A stretch of DNA of 64,000 nucleotides from positions 346,591 to 410,590 of the forward strand of contig JAXGMZ010000001.1 in assembly GCA_040768225.1 (NCBI GenBank). The letters are read 5' to 3'. This DNA comes from Evtepia sp. Lineage in GTDB: Bacteria > Bacillota > Clostridia > Oscillospirales > Oscillospiraceae. Positions within the stretch are counted from its first letter, which is position 1. Every line of letters begins with the position of its first letter. The notes under the pieces are model-generated. The model was not told where the DNA came from. It saw only the letters and a list, made by a program, of their open reading frames with translations, and made no database searches. This document shows, piece after piece, positions 19,260 through 29,751 of this stretch. The translations under genes and the position numbers were made by a program.

Positions 19260-20689
19260 TTATTCCGGGGGGACGCTGTAGGGCTTGAGCCGGACAAAGA
19301 GTTCCGAGCGGTTGTTGACACCCAGCTTTTTATAGAGGTTTTTAATATGGAAGTTGGCGGTGTGGACGCTGATCCCAAGCTCCTGGGCAATCCGCTTCGC
19401 GTCTTTCCCCTCCAGAAGCAGTGCGGCAACTTCCTTTTCGCGGGGCGTGAGCCTGAGCGCCGCCATCGTATCGGGCACTTCCCCCCGGCGCGCAGCCTGC
19501 GTCATATCGAGCGCGTGAAAATCATCCGACCAGTCCGCATAGAACAGGTACTTTGAGTAGGCGGGCGAGAGCAGGATAAAGACGATAAATACAGCGCCGG
19601 AGGTCAAGGCGGCCGCAAGAGGCAGCAGCTCGGGCGTGTGGGTGGCAAGCGCTCCCGGAATGACGTAGGAGACCATGCTCAGCGGGAGAATCGTCACAAG
19701 GCAGAGTTTGAACATGCGAAAGTCCCCGTGTTTTTTAAAGACGCAGCCGAGCAGATAGTAGGCCGCGATATACCCCATCTGCTCAAAGCCGTGGATATAG
19801 CGCGCGGCGCTGCGCAGCAGCGTGCCTTCCGGCATAAAATACAGGCAGTAGGTGCAAATCATGGCAATGAAAAACAGGTTGCACATGTTCCAGATGCTGC
19901 GCTTTGTGAGCAGTTGCAGCACCACCGCGAGGGAGACAACGAAGATGCCGACGCTTCCGTTTGCCAGCATGGCGGCGGGCGAGGAGGCCCCGGCAAATAG
20001 CTGTAAAATATCTCCACAAAATAGTGGGCAACGAAGAAATAGAGCGTGAGCTTCAGGGCGGGATTGAGTTTTGCCCTTGGCTTCTGCGCGATGGCTGAAA
20101 AATCCGCCGCCCGATAGCGCGAGAGGCAGAGGCAGGTGCCAAGGATGAGCGCCGCCAAGTAGCTCTTGTCAAACAAGCCGGAGGCGAGGGTCACTTTTGA
20201 GCCGAGCTGGTTGAGCGCAAAAAACAGCGAAATGGCCGCCGCGCCCAAGAGACGCTCCGTATTGTTGAGCGTGAAGGTATAGGCAAAGGCCGCGCAGCCG
20301 CCCAAGCTGAACATGAAACAGTTGGCCATCAGCAGGCTCAGCAGGCTCTCGGGCATGAGAAGCCATAACACAAAGGCGGCAGCGGTCAGCAGAGCGGAGA
20401 GCTTCGAGATCCGCGCCATGTTCTCTGTGTTGGTGCAGGCAAACAGGGCCCCGGCCCCAAGACAGTAAGCGCTCCCCATCAGCGTCATGGCGTCCAGACC
20501 GAAGAGCCGCAGCGAATCGTGAAAGAGGGCCCCCTGCATATTTGCGAACACCGGCGCCAGAGGAAAGATCAGCATATAGTTGAGGTGAGTCGCGCGCACA
20601 TTGCGCAGCCTGATATTGTCCCGCGCGCGCAGCAGCGCGAGAAGGGAGGCCGAAAGGCCCTTCTTTACACTTTTTTCCGCTGTTATCAT
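19260..20689 (-). pseudogene. Multi-TM LuxR-family regulator (luxR1), frameshifted
   Basis: TM ORF 19859-20689 and TM+HTH ORF 19260-19970 (LTPREKEVAALLLEG...TANFHIKNLYKKL) join if one base is added to the C4 run at 19988-19991 (giving YLPGASSPAAMLANG). Confidence 0.85.
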
Positions 20690-20772
20690 ATCGTCACCTC
20701 CCCGCCCCCTCTGGGCCTGCGCCCCTTTCCGCTTTGTCTTTTGCGCGAAAATCCAATGATGAGCATCTCTCT

Positions 20773-20801
20773 ATTATACTGCATTGAGCTAAAAACTTCA
20801 A
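20773..20801 (-). promoter_or_regulatory. sigmaA promoter of luxR1
   Basis: TTGAAG-17-TATAAT on minus strand. Confidence 0.75.
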
Positions 20802-21199
20802 GAACTGGAAGTAACTTCGAGCCCTCCTTGCGTCTGGAGATTGGCCGTCCGCACCGCTGCCAAGGGGGAACCCCAAGGCGGGCGCTGCCAGCAAATTCGC
20901 GTGCCGAAAGAGGGGGCGAACTGATGCAGCTCAGGCATGCCGCTATGCTAGAATATTCTTGTGCGAGATGTGGCAATGGCTTATTGTGTGGAGTGCGGGA
21001 AGCGCTTAGAGGACAACTATTTGCAAAAGGAATCCAGGCATCATCCCCTTACACGCACACAGCTGCTCCACTGCAGGGGTATCCGCCAGCGCAGACGCAG
21101 CAAGTCATGCACTCCCCCGGGAGACGCTGCGGCAAATTCATCTTTTTCAGGGGACATGCCTGTGGAGAAGGGAGTGGCTTGCAGTTTCCTCCCACTGAT

Positions 21200-21238
21200 C
21201 AATACAGGGCTGTGGGTTTATACCACAGCCCTGTATTG
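21200..21238. terminator. Perfect 16-bp-stem hairpin
   Basis: caatacagggctgtgg-gtttata-ccacagccctgtattg. Confidence 0.8.
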
Positions 21239-21399
21239 TTTGGATGCAGGGGCAGGGTTTTCAAGCCCTGTAAAGCCCTTCTGCTTCTCCGCACAAAGCG
21301 CTGCCTCCGGGATGGCGGAAGCTTGCACGCCCGCGCTTCAGGCCCTTAATTGGCGCGCAATCACAGCGCCGCGCCCCCTGCGCTTTTCTTGTCTGTGCT

Positions 21400-23091
21400 T
21401 TAGCGATAAGCCCACCAGTCGTAGTAATACGTGGCTTCGCCGTCCGAACCCCCATAGGTGAGGATCATGGAGCCGCTGATGCTTGCAGAACCGTCTTCCC
21501 CCTCCGTCACCGTGCCTGTAAAGGACGCGGTGGAGCTTACAACAATACCCCAATAGCTCACGGTTTCCGAAACTTTAAAGCTGATATTTTTGCCGTTGTT
21601 TGAGACTGTAATCCCTCCGGTGAAGCCTTGCACATTGGCAATTCCCCCATCCTCTTGGAACGAGAGTGAGAAATAAATGGACTCCTCCGGCTCCAGATCC
21701 TCCACATCGTCTCCGCCGACGAGTACGGCGCTGCCGCCCCAGACTCCGCTCAGATCCACGCCCCCGGTGAGCGTGTCGGTCTCTTCGCCGGCCTCTTCCG
21801 CAAGGGCGATCATCTCAGCGATCAGCTCGGCCATCTTCTCTAGGGCCGCCTTGGCCTCTGCAATGTAGTCTTCGATCAGCTTCTCGAGCGTCACAGCTTC
21901 ATCCGTTTCCGCAGGCAGGGAGAGCCCCAGGGCCTCCAGCGCCTGCTTGAACCCTTCCTCGGCGCCCTTCACCTGCGGGTCCGGAGCGCCGACGAGCCGC
22001 ACGGCCATTTTAATGCCGCCCTCCTTTATGGGATTGATCACCATGCCCGTGATCGAGCCGGGGTAGATCCACTCTTTAATCGTTTCCCCGACGAAGGCGA
22101 TCTGAGAGGGTATGTTTGTGGGGTCAAGCGTGAGGAACCCTACCGCCGTGGAGGCCGGCGAGAGCACATCTGAGGCTTTTTGAAAGTCCACCGTGACCTG
22201 ATGGTCTTCTCCCAAGATGATGCTGCTGCCGGTTTTTCCGACCTCTACGATGCAGTCCACACCGCCGACGAGTACGGCGCCCGCTGTGCCCAGCGACATG
22301 CTGCTGCCGGCCAGGGAGGCCAGGGTTCCGCCGCCGGTTGCAACGGTCGCGCCCACGAAGAGCCCCACTTTACTGCCTGTCTTATAGGTTTCCAGAATGT
22401 TGATGCTGCGGGTGTAGGCGCCGACCTCCGCCTGGGCCTCTTCCAGATCGGCTGCGTTGCGGATGATCTGTTGCGCCAGCGCCATCTGCTCGCAGGCGGT
22501 TCTCGCATCCGTTCCCAGCTGTTCGGCAAGCTGCTGATACCGCTGGGCGCCGCGCAGTGCGTCAAACTGTTTGGTCAGGTTCTCTGCCCAGGTCTCCCGG
22601 TCAATCACCGCGCCGCCCGCTGCGGTGAGCTGCCCTGCCGCAGCCAGCCTGACGGCCTGTGTCTGCGGAACGAGCACGGCCGCCGTCGGCTCTGCGGTGG
22701 CGCGCTCAAGCAGCAGAACCGCAACAGTGCTGATCCGCTCCGCCCCATCGAGGAGCTCTTCCGCCGTTTCCCAGACGGAGAGCAGCTCATCGGCCATTCG
22801 CTCCATCTCTCCCGACGCGATGGATTCCACATCCACCGCGATCAGCTCCTCCGTTTTCAAGCGCGCGTAGATGTAATAGCGCAGCGCCAATGCGCTGGCC
22901 TCGCTCGCCGTTTGCAGGGCCGGCGGCTCCGCCCCCCGCTCCATGACAATCGGCTCGCTCTCCCCCGCTGCTCCGCTTCCGGGTTTGCCGCAGGCCGAAA
23001 GGCCAAAGAGCATTGCGCCGACCAGAACAAAAGCCAAGCAGCGACCCATTGTCTTTGCCAGAGACTCTCTTTTTGTAAGTGTATTGTTCAT
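21400..23091 (-). CDS. Large hypothetical lipoprotein (helical N-half, Gly/Ala-rich hydrophobic hairpin, C-terminal beta domain)
   Basis: Lipobox GLSACG; long ORF with good RBS; no family recognised. Confidence 0.75.
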   Translation of the reverse strand: MNNTLTKRESLAKTMGRCLAFVLVGAMLFGLSACGKPGSGAAGESEPIVMERGAEPPALQTASEASALALRYYIYARLKTEELIAVDVESIASGEMERMADELLSVWETAEELLDGAERISTVAVLLLERATAEPTAAVLVPQTQAVRLAAAGQLTAAGGAVIDRETWAENLTKQFDALRGAQRYQQLAEQLGTDARTACEQMALAQQIIRNAADLEEAQAEVGAYTRSINILETYKTGSKVGLFVGATVATGGGTLASLAGSSMSLGTAGAVLVGGVDCIVEVGKTGSSIILGEDHQVTVDFQKASDVLSPASTAVGFLTLDPTNIPSQIAFVGETIKEWIYPGSITGMVINPIKEGGIKMAVRLVGAPDPQVKGAEEGFKQALEALGLSLPAETDEAVTLEKLIEDYIAEAKAALEKMAELIAEMIALAEEAGEETDTLTGGVDLSGVWGGSAVLVGGDDVEDLEPEESIYFSLSFQEDGGIANVQGFTGGITVSNNGKNISFKVSETVSYWGIVVSSTASFTGTVTEGEDGSASISGSMILTYGGSDGEATYYYDWWAYR

Positions 23092-23300
23092 CTAGTTCCC
23101 TCCTGTTTTTGATTGTCATCGTCCTCTGCATCCTCTTGCGTTTCAGCCCCCGCAACGAACCCCCCTACCTCCAAAGCACCAAAACAGGGGCGCGGGCGCG
23201 CGGGTTGGGGCATCTGCGCAAAAAGCCCCCCGCCTTTTCCGGGTAGGGGGCCTTTGCTTTTTGCGCGAGACGTCTCATGCGCGATCCCGCTGACCAGCGT

Positions 23301-24758
23301 CTATTCGCGCCATTCGTAGTAGTATTTGAAGCCGTGACCATTCAAATAAAGGATAATGGCTTTCTTCGATCCGGCTGAGCCTTTTAACGCCTTTTCCATC
23401 TGAATGGTTCCCTGATAAGATTGCAGGTAACCTTGTCCATCTGGCGTTACAAAAGCGAGGTAGGATGATGTTCCGCCGCCGGGATTTATGCTGTCATTGT
23501 CAAAGTGGGCGCTAAAGGCGCCGATACCCCAGGTGGATTCCACCGTCCGATTGATTGTGATGGAAGGTCGATCGTTTCCGCTAAAATATGCCGGGGGGTC
23601 TGACCAAAGGGTCACAGCATGGCCGGAAGCAGCTATCTTGCCATCGGAGAGCCGCCGCGCAGTGACATTGGTGAAGTTATTTTTTTCTCCCTTGCCCTCT
23701 GTATAATCCGTATAGGTGTCACCGTTGGCAAATCTGCCCACTTTCCCTCCGGTTTCAGCCGTATCATAGGGATCTTTGTAATATTCCCAGTACGTAAAGT
23801 ACCAGCCGGCGGCCGTTGTTTTGGAGGGGCTGCTGCTGATGAGCACCGTGTTGCTGTTGCCATCCCAGTCGATGCCGAGCCCCAGCAGGTAGCCCATGGC
23901 GCGCACAGGCAGATAGGTCGTGCCGTTATAGCTGATGGGCAGCACCGGCGTGCCGTCATCCCCCACGGGGACTGCGGCCTTCCCGTCGAGCTTAAACTTT
24001 AGCTGCCCGTTGAGCACCGCCCCGGTGATGGGGATCAGGCGGTTCCCTTTCGTGTTTGAGCTGGCTTTGGGTGCAGCCTTTGTCGTTGTGCTCGTAATCA
24101 GGACGGTGTTGGTCGCGCCGTCCCAATCTATGCCGAGCCCCAGCAGATAACCGACGGCACGGACGGGCAGATAGGTCGTGCCGTTGTAGCTGATGGGCAG
24201 CACGGGCGTGCCGTCATCCCCCACGGGCACGACGATGCTTCCGTTGAGCTTAAAATTGAGCTGTTCATTGAGCACCGCCCCGGTGATGGGGATGAGGCTG
24301 CCCGTGTTCCCGCTTGGGGGCACTGCGGGCACAGAGGGTGTTGTCATCGGAGTTGTCTTGCTTGCGCTCCAGCTGTAGTTTCCGCTGCCGTTCTGTGTGA
24401 AGCTGCCGCTGATCGTGGCGCTGCCGCTGCTGCTGATGCTCAGGGTGCCGGTATAGTCCTGCCGCAGCGTGCTGCCGGCCCACGAGCGGGTAAAGCTGAC
24501 GGTGTTTCCGCTCACTGTTCCGTTGGTCAACTGTTCCGTTTTGCCCGAGTCGATGTTGACCGTTCCGCTAAATTCGTTTCCGCTCTGCGCGGTGACGTTG
24601 AAGCGCCCGCGCGAGTTATTTGCCTGAATGCTCCACTCTCCGAGCATGTCAGGCGTGCTTGCGGCCGACGCTGTGCCGAGTATGCCCACGGATAGAAGCA
24701 TGGCCAGCGCCAGGAGAGCAGCAAATAGTTTCCGCATTCTTTTTTTCGTATACATCAT
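23301..24758 (-). CDS. Secreted protein with two copper-amine-oxidase-N/stalk-like domains
   Basis: Signal peptide; two copies of LNGxxVPVGDDGTPVLPISYNGTTYLPVRAxGYLLGLGIDWDG. Confidence 0.82.
   Translation of the reverse strand: MMYTKKRMRKLFAALLALAMLLSVGILGTASAASTPDMLGEWSIQANNSRGRFNVTAQSGNEFSGTVNIDSGKTEQLTNGTVSGNTVSFTRSWAGSTLRQDYTGTLSISSSGSATISGSFTQNGSGNYSWSASKTTPMTTPSVPAVPPSGNTGSLIPITGAVLNEQLNFKLNGSIVVPVGDDGTPVLPISYNGTTYLPVRAVGYLLGLGIDWDGATNTVLITSTTTKAAPKASSNTKGNRLIPITGAVLNGQLKFKLDGKAAVPVGDDGTPVLPISYNGTTYLPVRAMGYLLGLGIDWDGNSNTVLISSSPSKTTAAGWYFTYWEYYKDPYDTAETGGKVGRFANGDTYTDYTEGKGEKNNFTNVTARRLSDGKIAASGHAVTLWSDPPAYFSGNDRPSITINRTVESTWGIGAFSAHFDNDSINPGGGTSSYLAFVTPDGQGYLQSYQGTIQMEKALKGSAGSKKAIILYLNGHGFKYYYEWRE
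23835..24300 (-). repeat. Intragenic tandem duplication, about 258-bp period
   Basis: gagcaccgccccggtgatggggat at about 24270 and 24012, followed by near-identical domain DNA. Confidence 0.85.
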
Positions 24759-24859
24759 GAAACAGCCTCCCTTTTCTTAGTCGATGGACGAGGATCAGTA
24801 AGATTGAATGTGCAACCCAGTTCCTTCCTACACCCTAGCACGATTTTTCTTAGATTTCT

Positions 24860-24875
24860 TCACCCAATCGGGTAG
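24860..24875. promoter_or_regulatory. Candidate LuxR box 2
   Basis: TCACC-CAATCG-GGTAG between luxR2 and the next gene. Confidence 0.5.
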
Positions 24876-24886
24876 TCCCTGTAAAA

Positions 24887-24915
24887 AAGCCCCTACCCGT
24901 TTCGGGTAGGGGCTT
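24887..24915 (-). terminator. luxR2 terminator whose stem contains CTACC-N7-GGTAG
   Basis: aagcccctacccg-ttt-cgggtaggggctt with a U6 tail on minus strand. Confidence 0.75.
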
Positions 24916-24942
24916 GGTATTCGGCGGTTTTTGACAGATGGG

Positions 24943-26397
24943 CTATTTTTTCAGCGCCTCGCCCTCTTGGCTCTGCATGAGGGTGATCAGCTCCGCGCGG
25001 CTTTGAACTTCAAATTTGGAATAGATGTTCTTGACATAATACTTCACCGTGTTCTCGCTGATTGAGAGCTCTCCCGCAATGGTCTTATAGGTCTTCCCCT
25101 GCAGCAGAAGGGCGGTGACCTGGCGCTCTCGCTCCGAGAGTTTTCCCCGCTGTGCAGACTGCCCCAGCTGGCTCTCCTGTTCCTGCGCGGGGAGGCGGGA
25201 AAATTCTGTGAGATAGGCATGGCCTTTGAGCAGGGCAGAGAGGCGCTTGTGCAGCGGAGGCAGCAGAACCAGTGTCACGCAGACCACCGCGAGCGCGAGG
25301 AGCGTCGGGTGGATGCTCTGCGTCTCCGCCCTTGTGATGGCATTGCCGATCAGCCCGCCAAACAGCACGCCGAGCACATTGGCCGAGAGGCCGATGCCAA
25401 ACACTTTCACAGGGTTTTCGTGAAAATCCAGCATCTCGCCGAGAATGCTCCACCAGAACAGATCATAGACCCCGCAGGCTCCGAGCATCAGCGTGTTGAC
25501 CAGCAGGTAACTTGCGGCGGAGTGGTCCAGGCTGATAAAGGCGATGAAGGAGAAGCCGATCATGGCGATGCCCAGGTAGAGAATATAGCTGCGGTTCGTC
25601 TTATGGGGCAGATTGCGCATGATGATCAGGGCGAGTATATAGGGCAGGGCCCAGTACCAGCTGGTCAGCCATGTCAGGTGCGCGTAGGCCGGATTGAGCA
25701 CCTGATACATCAACCCCGAGTTGATGGTGATCACGCAGACAAAGAGGCAGAGAAAGGCCAGCGGCTTCATCATGCTGGGCGCTGCGCTCCCCTCCCGGGC
25801 GGGCTGGGGCTGCGCCGGCGCGGCTCCCCCGGCGGACTCCGGCAGACGGAGTGCAAAGGGGAAGGCAAGGGCAAGGCTCAGCATGGAGAGGGCGAGCCCA
25901 AGCCGCGCGGAGACGTGAATGGCCGCCATGTTCAGAAGGATCATCAGCAGGTTCGAATAGATCAGCGCGTCCGCCGCTGTTTTGATGCGCTCGTTCCGGG
26001 GCGTTGCGCTCCAGAAATAAAAGCCCCAAGCCGCCACGCAGCCCCCGGCGAGGAAGGAGATCGCAAGGATTGCAGGCAGCCAAAGCCCGCAGTGCGGGAG
26101 CAAAAAGGCGCCCGAGCCTGCGATGCAGAGGAGAATGCTGCCGAGCATGAAGCGCTTTGCGGTCCTCATGTTCTTGATCAGGAATCCGCTGGAAAACAAG
26201 CCGCAGAAGGTGGCCGCCGCCGCCCCGAACACCATCCCGTGCACTTCCGTCTGGCAGCGCGCGGAAAGGGCATAGAGGATCTGACCTTCGAAGGGAAAGG
26301 CCAGCTGCCAGGCAAAAAAAAACGAAAAAACGATGACAGATAACTGCCGATCGCTGATCGCCGCCCATCCGCCCTGCCCTGTCATCTTGCCTATCAC
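24943..26397 (-). CDS. Multi-TM (about 12 TM) LuxR-family regulator (luxR2)
   Basis: GTG start after ggaggtg; long hydrophobic sensor; C-terminal LSERERQVTALLLQGKTYKTIAGELSISENTVKYYVKNIYSK. Confidence 0.9.
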   Translation of the reverse strand: MIGKMTGQGGWAAISDRQLSVIVFSFFFAWQLAFPFEGQILYALSARCQTEVHGMVFGAAAATFCGLFSSGFLIKNMRTAKRFMLGSILLCIAGSGAFLLPHCGLWLPAILAISFLAGGCVAAWGFYFWSATPRNERIKTAADALIYSNLLMILLNMAAIHVSARLGLALSMLSLALAFPFALRLPESAGGAAPAQPQPAREGSAAPSMMKPLAFLCLFVCVITINSGLMYQVLNPAYAHLTWLTSWYWALPYILALIIMRNLPHKTNRSYILYLGIAMIGFSFIAFISLDHSAASYLLVNTLMLGACGVYDLFWWSILGEMLDFHENPVKVFGIGLSANVLGVLFGGLIGNAITRAETQSIHPTLLALAVVCVTLVLLPPLHKRLSALLKGHAYLTEFSRLPAQEQESQLGQSAQRGKLSERERQVTALLLQGKTYKTIAGELSISENTVKYYVKNIYSKFEVQSRAELITLMQSQEGEALKK

Positions 26398-26543
26398 ATG
26401 CTCACCTCCCCCAGCCCGTTTGCGGGAGAACCCGGGCCCTCTCGTTTTTGCGCCCCCCGGCGGCAAAGGGCTGCCGATCCGTTGGTTTTTTGCGCCCACT
26501 GTCTTGATCGCCGTCCCCACCGGAGGGGGGTTATCTATTGCCC

Positions 26544-26572
26544 ATTATATTTCCTGGCTGCGTAACATGCAA
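26544..26572 (-). promoter_or_regulatory. sigmaA promoter of luxR2
   Basis: TTGCAT-17-TATAAT. Confidence 0.75.
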
Positions 26573-26662
26573 GACGCAAAATGAGGGAGGGCAGTTCTCT
26601 TTGTCCGGAGAAGCGCGCGTTCGCGGCAGATCTTGCGCTCCTGCGGGCAAGGGGAAATCTGA

Positions 26663-26708
26663 AAACTCGCCTCACCTTGCAGCTGGGCGTGCAAGGCGAG
26701 GCGAGTTT
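26663..26708. terminator. Hairpin terminator after the EAL gene
   Basis: aaactcgcctcaccttgc...gcaaggcgaggcgagttt. Confidence 0.7.
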
Positions 26709-26750
26709 CTGTTTCCGTTTTCAACTGACTTTCCGCGGCGCAGAGTGCTC

Positions 26751-29693
26751 TTAGGATCGCCCTGCGATGTTTAAAATCTCCTTCTTGACGGAGGCGCGAA
26801 TCCCCCCTATAGAGGCGTTCGGCTTTCCAATGTAATAGCCCTGCAGGTAATCGATGCCCAGCTTGATGACATAGGCAAGATCCTCGGCATCCTCTATGCC
26901 CTCGGCCACTGTTTTGATGTTTTTTGACTTGCAGAAGAAGAGAATGTTCTTCACCAGCATCTGCTTGTCCAAATCCCGGTGGATGCCCTGGATCAGCTCC
27001 ATATCTATTTTTATGACATCGGGTTTCAGGTTGATCACCCGGATTTCGTTGGAATAGCCCTTGCCGAAGTCGTCAATCGCGATGAGCATCCCCTCCGCCC
27101 GGGCGAAGTTAATTTTCTTCTGCATAATTTCAGGCAGCCTGCTCTCTTCCTCTGTGATTTCAAGTGCAATGCGCGGCAGGAGATGTCCATACTCTTTTTT
27201 CAGCGCCGCCCGGCTCTCCCGGCCCACAAGCTGGCTGGGGATGCTGTTGACAAACACCCTTGCCGGGCCGAGGGCCTTAATCTGCTCGTTGATCGTCTTG
27301 AACACGCTGCGGAAGACCAGATCCTCCAGCGCGCCCAGCTTGGACTGCGCCGCGGCAACCGCCAGAATCTCCATCGGCCCTTTGAAGTTCTCCAGATCGG
27401 AGCGCATCAGGGCCTCATAGGCAAACACTTCGCCCGTCTCCACAGCGACGATCGGCTGAAAGACAAACTTAATGCGCGCCTGATCCAAGAGCTGATGGAT
27501 GGCCTCTCGGTTTTCCAGAAGAAATACATTTTTCCGATAGGACTCGATGTCGAATTCATAGAGGGAACCCTTAAAGTTATGCTTCGCCTCGTACATGGCA
27601 AAGTCTGCAAGCTTGAGCAGATCTGTCACATCGTCCGCATCGTCCGGGTACCAGGCGAGGCCCGAAGAAAAGCGAATTTTATGATCCGAGTCATCGGGGA
27701 TTTTAATGCTGTAGCTCTCAAAAGCGAGCAGCTTTTGCTGCAAGAGCTCCCTGACCTCCTCCTTGCTGTCAAAGCCATGCAGGTAGATCGCAAACTCATC
27801 CCCCGATATCCTCGATACAACGCCCCCATACTGCCTAAACTCCCGGAACATCTCACCGGCATGGATGATCAGCTGATCCCCCAGATCGTGCCCAAAGGTA
27901 TCGTTGATGTATTTCAAGTTGTCCAGATCCGAAAACATCAGCACACCCATCTTCTCCGGCCTGCTCCAGATGAGCTCATCCACCTCCCGCTTAAAGGCGG
28001 TGCGGTTGTAGAGCTGCGTGAGGGAGTCGTGATCCAATTCATAGCTCAGGCGAAGGTTTTCGTCGATCTCTTTGGTTGCATCCAGGATCACGCCCACGTA
28101 GCCGTCTCTTGTCCTGCTCTCGATAATCCGCAGCCAATAGTCTGTTTCGCCCTTTGGATTTGGGTATTGATAGATGTTCATGTAGCGATCCGAGGGGTTC
28201 ATCCTCAGCTTGCGAAATGCCTGGTTCCACGCCTCAAAGTCTACAGAAGACCCTTTTTCCAAATCTGTGATCTCATAGATGAAATCCGTCAAGATCACCT
28301 TGTTCTCGATGACCTCAAAGCTCCCGATGGGCAGGAGGGAGAGTTTCAATATCTTCGCTGTCGACTCTGAAGCCTGGATCACGCTTCGGTTGAAGAGCTC
28401 CACGGCCGCTGTCAATTCGTCAATCTCCCTTAGCTTGGTCTTTTGAAACTTAATATCCGAATAAGGGCTTAAGGTTTTCAGATGCTGGGAGAGCGCTCCG
28501 ATCCTTTTGGTCGAGGTGTAGCTCACCAAAATGGAGGCGAGGATAGAGATCATCGTTGTGATGGCAATGCCAAAGATCAGGATAAATCTTATTTTTGCCG
28601 TGCTCTGATGCAGCTCTTCCTTCTGAGTCATGCCGATCAAAGACCAGCTCTCATCATAGAAGGGGGAGTTTTTGCTGTACATATAGATCTCGTAATCCGC
28701 AACATACATATCGCCAAGGCTCTCCAAATGGATCCGGCTGATGTCGGCCCCCTTGACCGGCTCGAGCCAATAGCGTTGGAAGCGCTGCAGGTGGTTTTCC
28801 GCCAGAGGCCCGCTGGGGACAAACCAATCGAAATTCAAGATTCGGTCCCGGATGGGGCTGATGGCGTAGAAGCTATTCTGATAGGCGAGATCTTTATTGG
28901 GCAGGTATTCCTTCGCCAAGTGGCCGGCGGAGATCTCCACCCCGAAGACGCCAAAGGGATTGCCCACCTCGTCCAGCAGCGGCATCGTATACGTAATGAC
29001 AGTCTGTCCGTCGTGCAGGGTGTCGCTCGGCGCGCTCCAGTAGCCGTATCGCTCTATCTCAGACTCCGGAAAGTGCTGCGCCGCCCAGATGGGTTTGCTG
29101 TAAAACTCCCGCTGCTCCCGCTCCCCCAAGTGCATGTGCAGCCTCCAGTTGACGCCCACGGTCATCTTCAATTTTTGCGCCACATAGGAGGGCCCGATCT
29201 CCATCTGGTACATCGACGGGTTTGTGCTGTTGCTGCTTGGCGCAGTGTTGCGTATGTAGACACCCGGGCGGCTCTCCTTGTCCTCCGTCAGGATACCTGG
29301 ACCGCTGAAGAGGAAAAATGCTCCCGTAATATTATTTTCTCGGATGGCACGGATTAAAACCCTCCCCGCTTCTAAAGAGAGCGCGCGGTAGGCCTCGTCG
29401 TGTTCATAGATCTCAAACGGTCCGCTGCCGTAATCCGCCCCGATTTTCTCTGACAAGGCGCTGACCTCTTCGGTATACTGGCCCACATTCTCAACCAGGG
29501 CGCCGATATCGTCATTAAAGTTTTCAACCCTTGACTCCACTGTATTGTTAAAGAGGCGAAAGGCGTTCTCGTCTAAGCGGATGAAGACTTTTGAGAGCGT
29601 GATTGAGGTCACCAAGGCCACGCTTTGCAACAATACCAAGGAGATCATAATAATCAGGATTTGATGACGCAGACTTTTAGTCCCCTTTAACAC
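26751..29693 (-). CDS. Membrane GGDEF/EAL c-di-GMP enzyme with large extracellular sensor
   Basis: Two TMs around about 330 aa; DLDNLKYINDTFGH...SGDEF; EAL, EITE, DDFGKGYS, EGIE, LQGY. Confidence 0.92.
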   Translation of the reverse strand: MLKGTKSLRHQILIIMISLVLLQSVALVTSITLSKVFIRLDENAFRLFNNTVESRVENFNDDIGALVENVGQYTEEVSALSEKIGADYGSGPFEIYEHDEAYRALSLEAGRVLIRAIRENNITGAFFLFSGPGILTEDKESRPGVYIRNTAPSSNSTNPSMYQMEIGPSYVAQKLKMTVGVNWRLHMHLGEREQREFYSKPIWAAQHFPESEIERYGYWSAPSDTLHDGQTVITYTMPLLDEVGNPFGVFGVEISAGHLAKEYLPNKDLAYQNSFYAISPIRDRILNFDWFVPSGPLAENHLQRFQRYWLEPVKGADISRIHLESLGDMYVADYEIYMYSKNSPFYDESWSLIGMTQKEELHQSTAKIRFILIFGIAITTMISILASILVSYTSTKRIGALSQHLKTLSPYSDIKFQKTKLREIDELTAAVELFNRSVIQASESTAKILKLSLLPIGSFEVIENKVILTDFIYEITDLEKGSSVDFEAWNQAFRKLRMNPSDRYMNIYQYPNPKGETDYWLRIIESRTRDGYVGVILDATKEIDENLRLSYELDHDSLTQLYNRTAFKREVDELIWSRPEKMGVLMFSDLDNLKYINDTFGHDLGDQLIIHAGEMFREFRQYGGVVSRISGDEFAIYLHGFDSKEEVRELLQQKLLAFESYSIKIPDDSDHKIRFSSGLAWYPDDADDVTDLLKLADFAMYEAKHNFKGSLYEFDIESYRKNVFLLENREAIHQLLDQARIKFVFQPIVAVETGEVFAYEALMRSDLENFKGPMEILAVAAAQSKLGALEDLVFRSVFKTINEQIKALGPARVFVNSIPSQLVGRESRAALKKEYGHLLPRIALEITEEESRLPEIMQKKINFARAEGMLIAIDDFGKGYSNEIRVINLKPDVIKIDMELIQGIHRDLDKQMLVKNILFFCKSKNIKTVAEGIEDAEDLAYVIKLGIDYLQGYYIGKPNASIGGIRASVKKEILNIAGRS

Positions 29694-29751
29694 AACAACA
29701 CCACGCTTTTAAAATCTCGCAGCTCTCGCAGTTCCCCTGAGCTTCGGATGC

